From sequence record NZ_CP072582.1: DNA of 32,740 nt; one strand, given 5' to 3'. The notes under the pieces were generated by a model that was not told the origin of the DNA, made no database searches, and saw only the letters and a program-made list of their open reading frames with translations. This document shows positions 1-9,237 of the stretch, piece after piece. Both the position numbers and the translations under genes were made by a program. Origin of the DNA: a plasmid. Within the stretch, counting starts at the first letter, position 1; every line of letters starts with the position of its first letter.

Positions 1-9
1 CCTCATGTT

Positions 10-72
10 GGGGTCCCGAGCGCCTACGAGGAATTTGTATCGATAAGAAATAGATTTAAAAATTTCGCTGTT
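10..72. repeat. Left copy of a 63-bp perfect inverted repeat bracketing the ermBL-erm(B) unit (partner at 1497..1559)
   Basis: Reverse complement of 10..72 is identical to 1497..1559 over 63 nt by direct reading. The match stops at GGGACCCC. Confidence 0.85.
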
Positions 73-197
73 TTTTTCTAATTTCATTTTGAGGTGAATT
101 AATTGGTAGTTATTAGAGGTGCCCTATACCTAATAATTTATCTACATTCCCTTTAGTAACGTGTAACTTTCCAAATTTACAAAAGCGACTCATAGAA

Positions 198-935
198 TTA
201 TTTCCTCCCGTTAAATAATAGATAACTATTAAAAATAGACAATACTTGCTCATAAGTAACGGTACTTAAATTGTTTACTTTGGCGTGTTTCATTGCTTGA
301 TGAAACTGATTTTTAGTAAACAGTTGACGATATTCTCGATTGACCCATTTTGAAACAAAGTACGTATATAGCTTCCAATATTTATCTGGAACATCTGTGG
401 TATGGCGGGTAAGTTTTATTAAGACACTGTTTACTTTTGGTTTAGGATGAAAGCATTCCGCTGGCAGCTTAAGCAATTGCTGAATCGAGACTTGAGTGTG
501 CAAGAGCAACCCTAGTGTTCGGTGAATATCCAAGGTACGCTTGTAGAATCCTTCTTCAACAATCAGATAGATGTCAGACGCACGGCTTTCAAAAACCACT
601 TTTTTAATAATTTGTGTGCTTAAATGGTAAGGAATATTCCCAACAATTTTATACCTCTGTTTGTTAGGGAATTGAAACTGTAGAATATCTTGGTGAATTA
701 AAGTGACACGAGTATTCAGTTTTAATTTTTCTGACGATAAGTTGAATAGATGACTGTCTAATTCAATAGACGTTACCTGTTTACTTATTTTAGCCAGTTT
801 CGTCGTTAAATGCCCTTTACCTGTTCCAATTTCGTAAACGGTATCGGTTTCTTTTAAATTCAATTGTTTTATTATTTGGTTGAGTACTTTTTCACTCGTT
901 AAAAAGTTTTGAGAATATTTTATATTTTTGTTCAT
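198..935 (-). CDS. erm(B): 23S rRNA (adenine2058-N6)-dimethyltransferase Erm(B), 245 aa
   Basis: Full-length ORF whose translation ([22 protein letters not shown]...SYLLFNGRK) matches the Erm(B) sequence from memory. A leader peptide sits upstream. Confidence 0.97.
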   Translation of the reverse strand: MNKNIKYSQNFLTSEKVLNQIIKQLNLKETDTVYEIGTGKGHLTTKLAKISKQVTSIELDSHLFNLSSEKLKLNTRVTLIHQDILQFQFPNKQRYKIVGNIPYHLSTQIIKKVVFESRASDIYLIVEEGFYKRTLDIHRTLGLLLHTQVSIQQLLKLPAECFHPKPKVNSVLIKLTRHTTDVPDKYWKLYTYFVSKWVNREYRQLFTKNQFHQAMKHAKVNNLSTVTYEQVLSIFNSYLLFNGRK

Positions 936-1059
936 GTTATCACTCCTGAAGTGATTACATCTATAAACAAATACAGAAGTTAAACGATTTGTTTGTAATT
1001 TTAGTTATCTGTTTAAAAAGTCATAAGATTAGTCACTGGTAGGAATTAATCTAACGTAT

Positions 1060-1143
1060 TTATTTATCTGCGTAATCACTGTTTTTAGTCTGTTTCAAAA
1101 CAGTAGATGTTTTATCTACATAACGCATTTGGAATACCAACAT
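1060..1143 (-). CDS. ermBL: erm(B) leader/stalling peptide ErmBL, 27 aa (MLVFQMRYVDKTSTVLKQTKNSDYADK)
   Basis: Hand translation of the minus strand upstream of erm(B). It matches ErmBL except position 8, which is Y here where I recall N. Confidence 0.8.
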   Translation of the reverse strand: MLVFQMRYVDKTSTVLKQTKNSDYADK

Positions 1144-1496
1144 GACGAATCCCTCCTTCTTAATTACAAATTTTTAGCATCTAATTTAACTTCAATTCCT
1201 ATTATACAAAATTTTAAGATAATGCACTATCAACACACTCTTAAGTTTGCTTCTAAGTCTTATTTCCATAACTTTAGGGTTAACCATACGCAAGACCAAT
1301 CACTCTCGGACAATACTCATGATTTTAATGATAAAATCCATGTTAAACCCATAGATAAGAAATACACCTGCAATAACCGTTACCTGTTTGTGCCAATTTA
1401 AAAATGCACCACTTTTTTATAATTAAAACGGTTGAAAACTGTACCACTAATAACTCACAATAGAGAGATGTCACCGTCAAGTTAAATGTACAAAAT

Positions 1497-1559
1497 AACA
1501 GCGAAATTTTTAAATCTATTTCTTATCGATACAAATTCCTCGTAGGCGCTCGGGACCCC
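1497..1559. repeat. Right copy of the 63-bp perfect inverted repeat bracketing ermBL-erm(B)
   Basis: See 10..72. Confidence 0.85.
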
Positions 1560-1632
1560 TATCTAGCGAACTTTTAGAAAAGATATAAAACATCAGAGTA
1601 TGGACAGTTGCGGATGTACTTCAGAAAAGATT

Positions 1633-1673
1633 AGATGTCTAAAAAGCTTGTAGTTAAAGCTTTTTAGACATCT
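1633..1673. terminator. Perfect 17-bp-stem palindrome (AGATGTCTAAAAAGCTT / AAGCTTTTTAGACATCT), bidirectional terminator 3' of aph(3')-IIIa
   Basis: Stem 1633..1649 pairs with 1657..1673 around a 7-nt loop. It is U-rich on the minus-strand 3' side, immediately after the aph stop. Confidence 0.7.
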
Positions 1674-1684
1674 AAATCTAGGTA

Positions 1685-2479
1685 CTAAAACAATTCATCC
1701 AGTAAAATATAATATTTTATTTTCTCCCAATCAGGCTTGATCCCCAGTAAGTCAAAAAATAGCTCGACATACTGTTCTTCCCCGATATCCTCCCTGATCG
1801 ACCGGACGCAGAAGGCAATGTCATACCACTTGTCCGCCCTGCCGCTTCTCCCAAGATCAATAAAGCCACTTACTTTGCCATCTTTCACAAAGATGTTGCT
1901 GTCTCCCAGGTCGCCGTGGGAAAAGACAAGTTCCTCTTCGGGCTTTTCCGTCTTTAAAAAATCATACAGCTCGCGCGGATCTTTAAATGGAGTGTCTTCT
2001 TCCCAGTTTTCGCAATCCACATCGGCCAGATCGTTATTCAGTAAGTAATCCAATTCGGCTAATCGGCTGTCTAAGCTATTCGTATAGGGACAATCCGATA
2101 TGTCGATGGAGTGAAAGAGCCTGATGCACTCCGCATACAGCTCGATAATCTTTTCAGGGCTTTGTTCATCTTCATACTCTTCCGAGCAAAGGACGCCATC
2201 GGCCTCACTCATGAGCAGATTGCTCCAGCCATCATGCCGTTCAAAGTGCAGGACCTTTGGAACAGGCAGCTTTCCTTCCAGCCATAGCATCATGTCCTTT
2301 TCCCGTTCCACATCATAGGTGGTCCCTTTATACCGGCTGTCCGTCATTTTTAAATATAGGTTTTCATTTTCTCCCACCAGCTTATATACCTTAGCAGGAG
2401 ACATTCCTTCCGTATCTTTTACGCAGCGGTATTTTTCGATCAGTTTTTTCAATTCCGGTGATATTCTCATTTTAGCCAT
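1685..2479 (-). CDS. aph(3')-IIIa: Aminoglycoside 3'-phosphotransferase APH(3')-IIIa, 264 aa
   Basis: Translation MAKMRISPELKKLIEKYRCVKDTEGMSPAKVYKL...ILLDELF matches APH(3')-IIIa. Confidence 0.97.
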   Translation of the reverse strand: MAKMRISPELKKLIEKYRCVKDTEGMSPAKVYKLVGENENLYLKMTDSRYKGTTYDVEREKDMMLWLEGKLPVPKVLHFERHDGWSNLLMSEADGVLCSEEYEDEQSPEKIIELYAECIRLFHSIDISDCPYTNSLDSRLAELDYLLNNDLADVDCENWEEDTPFKDPRELYDFLKTEKPEEELVFSHGDLGDSNIFVKDGKVSGFIDLGRSGRADKWYDIAFCVRSIREDIGEEQYVELFFDLLGIKPDWEKIKYYILLDELF

Positions 2480-2571
2480 TTATTATTTCCTTCCTCTTTT
2501 CTACAGTATTTAAAGATACCCCAAGAAGCTAATTATAACAAGACGAACTCCAATTCACTGTTCCTTGCATT

Positions 2572-2829
2572 CTAAAACCTTAAATACCAGAAAACAGCTT
2601 TTTCAAAGTTGTTTTCAAAGTTGGCGTATAACATAGTATCGACGGAGCCGATTTTGAAACCACAATTATGATAGAATTTACAAGCTATAAGGTTATTGTC
2701 CTGGGTTTCAAGCATTAGTCCATGCAAGTTTTTATGCTTTGCCCATTCTATAGATATATTGATAAGCGCGCTGCCTATGCCTTGCCCCCTGAAATCCTTA
2801 CATACGGCGATATCTTCTATATAAAAGAT
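2572..2829 (-). pseudogene. sat4: sat4 (streptothricin acetyltransferase) 3' fragment, about codons 98-180, ending ...EKAVFWYLRF*
   Basis: Minus-strand translation YIEDIAVCKDFRGQGIGSALINISIEWAKHKNLHGLMLETQDNNLIACKFYHNCGFKIGSVDTMLYANFENNFEKAVFWYLRF with TAG stop at 2572..2574. The fragment is cut by the IS insertion at 2830. Confidence 0.85.
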
Positions 2830-2931
2830 AACCCGTGGTGCTAGTTAATTTTTTCCTAGAGGAAAATGTCTAAACATGTTGGTAAATCAACAAAAAAACG
2901 CATATAGTAGTCTCAAAACTCCCAAGAAATG

Positions 2932-4445
2932 GGCTCTATAATTTATGGGACTGATGAATCAGAATTGATTCTTCAGCCCCATTTTCATTTTAGGTATTAA
3001 AAAACATATCGTTCTCTAGTATGATTAAATCACCACAAAATAAACAACTGAGAGGACGATACGCTATATGAATGATTCTATCAAAAAAATGCTGAGAATA
3101 ACAGAGAAAGATTTGATGATTACAGAGGTCTCTTACGAGACCCTTCAGAAGAAAAAGACGTTGGTCGTCGATGCTGTTCTCTCGCCTACTCCTCGTGCTT
3201 GTAGAAGTTGTGGTTCTACTGTGGTAGATGGAAACGGGAAAGCAATTATAGTGAAAAATGGAAAAAAGGAAACGATTGTCCGTTTTGAACAATACAATCA
3301 TATGCCTTTGGTTATGCGCCTAAAAAAGCAACGCTATACCTGTAAAAACTGTCGCACCCATTGGACGGCTCAAAGTTATTTTGTCCAACCCAGACATTCA
3401 ATCGCAAATCATGTTAGATATAAAATTGCTTCTTTACTGACTGAAAAAGTATCTTTATCTTTTATTGCGAAAAGCTGTCAGGTATCTTTGACCACCGTTA
3501 TTCGTACATTGAAAGAGTTTAAAAGCTATTTACCAAAGCAATCTAAGAAGATCCTCCCCAGAGTATTGATGGTTGACGAATTTCGTTCGCATGCTTCCAT
3601 AGAAGATAAGATGAGCTTTATTTGCGCGGATGGCGAAACAGGAAAATTAATAGATGTTTTGCCTACGCGTAAATTACCTCGATTAACAAGCTATTTCTTA
3701 GGTTGTACCAATCCAGAAGAAGTAGAATTCTTGGTGACAGACATGAACGCCGCCTACTTCCAGCTCACCAAACGTGTTCTGCCAAATGCGAAAGTCGTGA
3801 TTGATCGGTTTCATATTGTCAAACACATGAATCAAGCGTTCAATGAGTTGCGTATCCGTGAAATGAATGAACTTCGTAAAGCCGGACAGAAAAGCCAGGC
3901 AGAAAAACTGAAAAAGAACTGGCGCTTTTTGCTAAAAAATCGTGCAAACATCAACCATTATGAATACAAAACATGGAAAAGTTTCCGAGCACCAAAATAC
4001 CCATTTCTTACTGAAGCAATGATGATTGATCGATTGCTTGAGTTTTCTCCGCCCCTAAAGGAGGCGTATCCCTTTTTTCATGAATTAGTTGAAGCCTTTC
4101 GAGACAAAGACCCTGACTTATTTTTCTCCTTATTGGCAGAACTTCCCGAAACGTTAGATGACAGCTTTCGGGAAAAGCTTCAAAACCTTCTGACCTATGA
4201 AGAAGGCATCACCAACGCAATGATCTATCCTTATTCCAATGGAAAAATAGAAGCGAAGAATACCCACATAAAGACAATGAAACGAGTATCCTACGGATTT
4301 AAATCATTTGAGAACATGAGAATTAGAATCTTTTTGATCAATCAATTAATCAATGTAAGATAACAAAAAATCTGAGCCAGAATGTGGTTCATTCTGACTC
4401 AGATTTGATTTTGCACAACTCATCAGTCCTTATTGACAAAGAGCC
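2932..4445 (+). mobile_element. ISL3-family insertion sequence (1514 bp) nested in the IS982-like element, just upstream of its transposase start
   Basis: Imperfect terminal IRs GGCTCTATAATTTATGGGACTGATGA... and ...TCATCAGTCCTTATTGACAAAGAGCC. Perfect 8-bp TSD AAGAAATG at 2924..2931 and 4446..4453. It carries a 431-aa ISL3-type transposase. Confidence 0.8.
3068..4363 (+). CDS. ISL3 family transposase, 431 aa
   Basis: N-terminal Cys-rich zinc-finger-like region (CRSCGS...CKNCRTHW), length and position inside ISL3-type IRs. Confidence 0.85.
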   Translation: MNDSIKKMLRITEKDLMITEVSYETLQKKKTLVVDAVLSPTPRACRSCGSTVVDGNGKAIIVKNGKKETIVRFEQYNHMPLVMRLKKQRYTCKNCRTHWTAQSYFVQPRHSIANHVRYKIASLLTEKVSLSFIAKSCQVSLTTVIRTLKEFKSYLPKQSKKILPRVLMVDEFRSHASIEDKMSFICADGETGKLIDVLPTRKLPRLTSYFLGCTNPEEVEFLVTDMNAAYFQLTKRVLPNAKVVIDRFHIVKHMNQAFNELRIREMNELRKAGQKSQAEKLKKNWRFLLKNRANINHYEYKTWKSFRAPKYPFLTEAMMIDRLLEFSPPLKEAYPFFHELVEAFRDKDPDLFFSLLAELPETLDDSFREKLQNLLTYEEGITNAMIYPYSNGKIEAKNTHIKTMKRVSYGFKSFENMRIRIFLINQLINVR

Positions 4446-4463
4446 AAGAAATGAGGACTACAT

Positions 4464-5372
4464 ATGCGTTCATCAAAATATACTGAACATTATACAGATA
4501 CTTTTATAACATTCAAGGAAATTATGAGAACTGTTTCTAACATATACCACAATTGTGTACCAGATAAGATTAAAAACCGAAGAAATACTGATCAACTGAA
4601 GCAACGCGATACAGTGATTATTGCTTGTGTTATATGGGGTATAATTAATGGCTATACTAGCCAAAGAGCCACGTATAGAGCGGTTTGTTCCGTCTTATTT
4701 CCTAATGGTGACTTTCCTAGTAGGAGTCGATTCACTCGCTTAAGTTCAAACTTAGCTTACACTATCAAGATTATTCGATACTTTTTCATCAAGAAGCTCA
4801 CCAAAGGTGAACTAGTCGGAATTATAGATAGTTTTCCTAGTCCATTATGTAAACCAGTTAGAAATAGACAAGCAAAACTATTGAATCAAATAGCCAAAGT
4901 TGGCTATAACTCAACAAAAAAATCTTATTTTTATGGTCTTAAAATTCATATGATCGTTACTAAGACTGGCTTTCCGATTACTTACTCAATCACGAATCCA
5001 GGTGTCCATGACGTGAAAGTGTTAGAGACTTTATCGGAAGAAGCGAATCTTCCCAATATCCTAGGGGACAAAGGATATATTAGCCATAAAATCCATGAAA
5101 AGCTTGCCCTTAAGGGCATTACTATATCCGTTCCTCCACGTAAAAACATGGATAAATCAGAAAAACTAGACCACAGCTTACTTGGAAAACAAAGAAAAAC
5201 AGTTGAGACTGTTTTTTCTTCCTTAGAAAAATTAGGTTGTCAAAATTTCAACTCACGTTCTGTTAAAGGGCTAGAGAGTAGATTTGAAAGCATATTACTG
5301 GCTTACAGTGTTCTATTAAGTCGAGCACAACGACGTTTTGGAGGAACTTTGAGATATTCTTTAGGATATTAA
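4464..5372 (+). CDS. IS982-family-like DDE transposase, 302 aa
   Basis: About 300-aa ORF filling a 1-kb IR-bounded element and ending 0 bp before the right IR. It has a DKGY-type DDE motif. The family call is from memory only. Confidence 0.55.
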   Translation: MRSSKYTEHYTDTFITFKEIMRTVSNIYHNCVPDKIKNRRNTDQLKQRDTVIIACVIWGIINGYTSQRATYRAVCSVLFPNGDFPSRSRFTRLSSNLAYTIKIIRYFFIKKLTKGELVGIIDSFPSPLCKPVRNRQAKLLNQIAKVGYNSTKKSYFYGLKIHMIVTKTGFPITYSITNPGVHDVKVLETLSEEANLPNILGDKGYISHKIHEKLALKGITISVPPRKNMDKSEKLDHSLLGKQRKTVETVFSSLEKLGCQNFNSRSVKGLESRFESILLAYSVLLSRAQRRFGGTLRYSLGY

Positions 5373-5393
5373 AATTAACTAGCACCACGGGTT

Positions 5394-5623
5394 AAAAGAT
5401 ATATTATCTTATCAGTATTGTCAATATATTCAAGGCAATCTGCCTCCTCATCCTCTTCATCCTCTTCGTCTTGGTAGCTTTTTAAATATGGCGCTTCATA
5501 GAGTAATTCTGTAAAGGTCCAATTCTCGTTTTCATACCTCGGTATAATCTTACCTATCACCTCAAATGGTTCGCTGGGTTTATCGATATCTTTCAGGTGC
5601 CCTGCTTTCATTTCTGTAATCAC
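5394..5623 (-). pseudogene. sat4: sat4 5' fragment (codons 1 to about 77; MITEMKAGHLKDIDKPSEPFEVIGKIIP...DNTDKIIYL)
   Basis: Translation matches the Sat4 N-terminus and then runs into the IS982-like right IR. The start overlaps the ant(6)-Ia stop, as in the canonical cluster. Confidence 0.85.
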
Positions 5624-6528
5624 TGTTCCCGCCTCTCTTCTATATCAGCGGCATATGTGCTATCCAGGCAGCCGGTTTTACCAGTGTATTTTTTATACAT
5701 GTCCCTGGTATATTTTGTTATATTCCTATCATACTCCGGATAGGCATAATGAAGCCTTTCCGCCACCTCACCGGATACCGCCCTGAACAATTGATGGCAT
5801 AGAAATAATGCTTCCCATATGTTTTCATAGGAATCCATCCGGTAGGTGGACAAAAGTTTCTCCCACAAATCCTCGGATATATACCTTTCAATAAACTTAT
5901 AGTTCTTGCCTACACTTAATTTAAAGCCTGTTTCGATGCCGACCTTCCATGATATCATTCTCAGCAGCTCATGGCGAACAATCTGATTAAAATGATCAAT
6001 AGCAAATAAAATTTCCTTACGGCACAATCCTTTAATAACATAAGGTGTTACATTCCAAAATTCATTGCAGCAATCATCATACTCCCTTGCGCTTGGCTTT
6101 CTTACATGATAATCTATATCAGTCGGAACTATGTCCCTTTTAATTCTACAATCTTTATCAATTAGAACCTTTATTAATTTATCGCCCTTTAGGTAATTAT
6201 CTAACTCTTCCAAGGGCAATAAGGTAAGATCAATTTTATTGTAATCATCAAATAGCATAAGATAGGAAAATCCCTTTTCTTCAGGTGGGAATAATTCCAT
6301 ATCCTCCGGCTTTTGCATCATTATTATATTCCCAAATTGATTAAGCCAGTCATCATTAGATATAAACGGTTCTATATCACTTACAAAATATGTAATATCA
6401 TAATCCTGAAATTCATCTTTAGGTATATTAATATTTGCGCGTGACCCCTCAAGGGTCACAATTCGAATACGTTCATCCTGTTCTGCTAAAGAAAGTACTA
6501 AATCCATCATTTCTTTTTCTGATCTCAT
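5620..6528 (-). CDS. ant(6)-Ia: Aminoglycoside 6-nucleotidyltransferase ANT(6)-Ia (AadE), 302 aa
   Basis: Translation MRSEKEMMDLVLSLAEQDERIRIVTLEGSRANINIPKDEFQDYDITYFV... matches AadE. It lies in the classical aadE-sat4-aphA-3 arrangement. Confidence 0.95.
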   Translation of the reverse strand: MRSEKEMMDLVLSLAEQDERIRIVTLEGSRANINIPKDEFQDYDITYFVSDIEPFISNDDWLNQFGNIIMMQKPEDMELFPPEEKGFSYLMLFDDYNKIDLTLLPLEELDNYLKGDKLIKVLIDKDCRIKRDIVPTDIDYHVRKPSAREYDDCCNEFWNVTPYVIKGLCRKEILFAIDHFNQIVRHELLRMISWKVGIETGFKLSVGKNYKFIERYISEDLWEKLLSTYRMDSYENIWEALFLCHQLFRAVSGEVAERLHYAYPEYDRNITKYTRDMYKKYTGKTGCLDSTYAADIEERREQ

Positions 6529-6560
6529 TTACATACTCCTCGTTTATTTTTTCTATATTA

Positions 6561-7295
6561 TTACATCTTCTTTTTTGCCGATACAATCAGCATCATTGGG
6601 CGTCGCATTTCATCCGCCATCCCCGGAATATCCATCATGTTCTCTGGCGGCTGTGGCTCCACAATCTGATTTATTATAAAACTATTTGAAAGCAGTGTAT
6701 TTAGATATGTGGTCAGTGTTCTATGATATTTTGTAACCTTTTCTTCCAAAAACATAGCTGTCCGTTTGCCCTCATAATAATAATTGTCCACCGGGAAATG
6801 CAGTATTTCTCCTTTTTCGTTATAATACCAGTCTTGTGTTCCATGAGCAGTAAAAACAGGATGTTCAACTGTAAAAACTAAATTGCCACCAGCCTTCAGC
6901 ATCCTATATATCTTTTTTATTAAATTCTCATAGTCTGCTACATAATGAAACGCAAGCGAACTTAGTATTACATCAAAGCTCTCCTCTGGGAAATCCACAT
7001 CTTCTATGGCACAGCATTCATATTCAATCTGTGGAAAATGGGTTTTTCCTTTTGCTACTTCGAGCATTTTATGAGAAATATCAACACCTACTACAGAGGA
7101 AGCACCGTTTTCCATCGCATATATACAGTGCCATCCATAGCCGCATCCTAAATCAAGCACACGCTTACCCTTAAAATCAGGTAGCATCTTTTTCAAAGTC
7201 TCCCATTCTCCCGCACCAGCCAGTCCTTTCTGCGAGCGACTCATTTGACTGTATTTTTGAAAAAATATATTATCATCATATTTGTTTTCTTTCAT
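6561..7295 (-). CDS. Class I SAM-dependent methyltransferase, 244 aa
   Basis: Motif I VLDLGCGYG near the N-terminus. This is the usual gene upstream of aadE in this resistance cluster. Confidence 0.8.
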   Translation of the reverse strand: MKENKYDDNIFFQKYSQMSRSQKGLAGAGEWETLKKMLPDFKGKRVLDLGCGYGWHCIYAMENGASSVVGVDISHKMLEVAKGKTHFPQIEYECCAIEDVDFPEESFDVILSSLAFHYVADYENLIKKIYRMLKAGGNLVFTVEHPVFTAHGTQDWYYNEKGEILHFPVDNYYYEGKRTAMFLEEKVTKYHRTLTTYLNTLLSNSFIINQIVEPQPPENMMDIPGMADEMRRPMMLIVSAKKKM

Positions 7296-8145
7296 CTGAA
7301 CTCTCCTCGTTTAAAAAGTTATTTATCTCCGATACAATTTCATTCACTTCTTTATAAAGTTTCTCGGTCATGTCGTAGCATTCAAAAAGAGAAAGACCGA
7401 GTACTTCAAAAATATGATTAACTCTTTCGGCATATTTTTCAGGTTTATATTCAAAAGTTTCAAGCAGTTTTATAGCTTTCTTTTCGTTAATGCAATAAGC
7501 ATTATTACATGCAAATAGTACTTGATTTAAGCATGAAATAATACGAAAAACATGGCCTGCAATATAATATTTATCCTCTGCCCCCGCATTTGCTTTTACA
7601 AACATTAAAGAGAATTCAGCTTCAAATATAAAAAAGTTCATCAAGCTTTTCTTTAGAGCAGTAGGGTAAATTTCTGCCTGCTTTTTTAATTCGCATAAGC
7701 TTTCGTTCTTAGCATATAGTATTTTACTAATCGCTAATTCTCCACGATACATAGCACTTATATAACCATGGGGATGCCCGGTCTGATAATTGGCAGTAAC
7801 AATTCCTTGCTCCGTATCTTTGATTATTTGTTCCACCCGTTTTATATCACGTAATATCAAGTCAACATGACACCCGTTTATAACTAACCATCCACCGCCA
7901 TTAACCCAATCACCCCACGCTCCGGGAGGTACAACAAGGTTGTTTCTATTCTCATCATCCAACTCTGTAGCAATTTGATTAATCGCTGTCAGGTCAAATG
8001 AGTCTGAATTGTAATAGATTCCGATATCTATATCAGAATTTTCTGTATGGGTGCTTCTTGCACGTGAGCCCCCTAATACAATGCCTTCTATAAAAGGCAA
8101 AGATGATAATTTCTCTGTTACTATTTGAATAACATTACCTACCAT
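7276..8145 (-). CDS. Pol-beta-superfamily nucleotidyltransferase domain protein (ANT-like), 289 aa
   Basis: Minimal nucleotidyltransferase motif LGGSRARS...DIDIGIYY. The ORF overlaps the methyltransferase start by 20 nt, suggesting an operon. Confidence 0.75.
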   Translation of the reverse strand: MVGNVIQIVTEKLSSLPFIEGIVLGGSRARSTHTENSDIDIGIYYNSDSFDLTAINQIATELDDENRNNLVVPPGAWGDWVNGGGWLVINGCHVDLILRDIKRVEQIIKDTEQGIVTANYQTGHPHGYISAMYRGELAISKILYAKNESLCELKKQAEIYPTALKKSLMNFFIFEAEFSLMFVKANAGAEDKYYIAGHVFRIISCLNQVLFACNNAYCINEKKAIKLLETFEYKPEKYAERVNHIFEVLGLSLFECYDMTEKLYKEVNEIVSEINNFLNEESSDERKQI

Positions 8146-8159
8146 ATAAACATCCTCCT

Positions 8160-8384
8160 TTATTCGTTAGATATTTTTATTTCATCTCCATCTGGTAAAA
8201 TAAATGCCTGCACAAACTTGACACCTAGCACATCAGCAATGGCCTTCAACTCATCCAAGGTTACTGTTTCTCGTTGTAATTTTTTATTAAAATTCTGTGG
8301 AGTCTGGCCAATACGTCTAGCAAGTTCGGAAACACTTATATTCATTTGCTCACACAGTTCTTTAATCATTTCTGCCGTAGTCAT
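8160..8384 (-). CDS. XRE-family helix-turn-helix transcriptional regulator, 74 aa
   Basis: HTH signature ISVSELARRIGQTPQNFNKKL. Confidence 0.7.
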   Translation of the reverse strand: MTTAEMIKELCEQMNISVSELARRIGQTPQNFNKKLQRETVTLDELKAIADVLGVKFVQAFILPDGDEIKISNE

Positions 8385-8526
8385 ACAGCACCTCCAAGTT
8401 TATGCTAAGAATAACATAAACCATTTGGTTGATAAATGCAATAGTCATTAAAATATTATTATAATCAGCAATTAAAAGAAAACCCACAACTCTACTTCAG
8501 AGTCATGGGCTATTTACTTCTGGTTT

Positions 8527-9237
8527 TCATATTTCCATTTCGATACCTGGTTTGAAGGCTATGACGAAGTGGTCTTCATAGACCTTAACGTTCTGGATTA
8601 TCTTCCTTACAAGCTTATCATCATATTCTAAGGTGCGGAATTTGTTCTTGCGGATAAATTCAATCAACTCATTGATGCGCTCGTTCTCGCCACTGAGGGA
8701 GGCATCTTCTACTAAAAGAGTCTGACGCTTATCTCGCATCTCATCGATCTCATCTACCAGGTATTCATAATCTTGACCTTTATTGGCCAGCTTGATTAGT
8801 TCTTTTTGTTTTTCATCTAGTAGGGTATTAATCTCTGAAATTTGGTATTCTGTGGTTTCTCCAATCACAGCATGAATATTTTCTTCCAGTGTCTTTATCA
8901 TATTGTTGCCACCAGCAAGTAGCTTATTAATTGCGGTCATTACCGCACCATAGAGTTCATCTTCTTTTACGGTTCGGTTCTTACATACCTCGGGACCCTG
9001 CTCGATTCTAGTCACGCATCGCCAGACAAATTCTTTTCTGCCATGAATATTCCAATAGGTTCTCCTATAAATATCGCCACAATATCCACAGAAGGTGATG
9101 GCACTTAAAGCGTACTTGCTACTATAAATTCTTTTGTTCTTGCCTTCTCCTGTGTAGATATTACTTCTCCGATAAATTTCTTCTTGAGCCTGCAAAAATA
9201 ACTCTTTAGAAATAATCGCTTCATGGCTATTTTCAAC
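8527..9237 (-). pseudogene. 3' remnant (about 236 codons) of a large serine recombinase gene: zinc-ribbon plus coiled-coil C-terminal domain only
   Basis: FCGYCGDIYRRTYW...CKNR zinc-ribbon motif. The frame is open upstream to 9237 without a start or an N-terminal resolvase catalytic domain. Confidence 0.6.

Larger units (their letters stand above)
2830..5393 (+). mobile_element. IS982-family-like insertion sequence (about 1.04 kb without its passenger) inserted in sat4; it carries a nested ISL3 element
   Basis: 21-bp perfect terminal inverted repeats AACCCGTGGTGCTAGTTAATT at 2830..2850 and 5373..5393. The 7-bp direct repeat AAAAGAT lies at 2823..2829 and 5394..5400. A 302-aa DDE transposase sits at the right end. 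Confidence 0.6.

Noticed and set aside
1129-1401. 90-aa plus-strand ORF overlapping ermBL in antisense
   Set aside because: It lies opposite the well-defined erm(B) leader and attenuator region. It has no RBS and no recognisable protein features. It is most likely a chance ORF.
1737-2513. Three plus-strand ORFs (103, 64 and 64 aa) inside aph(3')-IIIa
   Set aside because: They are antisense to a complete, well-known resistance gene. Their Ser/Pro-rich low-complexity translations are typical of noise.
2990-3301. 103-aa minus-strand ORF overlapping the ISL3 transposase start
   Set aside because: It is antisense within an IS and has no motif.
4473-4664. 63-aa minus-strand ORF inside the IS982-like transposase gene
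   Set aside because: Antisense chance ORF.
6435-6689. 84-aa plus-strand ORF spanning the aadE/methyltransferase junction
   Set aside because: It is antisense to two genuine genes.
8125-8451. 108-aa plus-strand ORF opposite the HTH gene
   Set aside because: It is antisense to a compact HTH gene that has a good coding signature.
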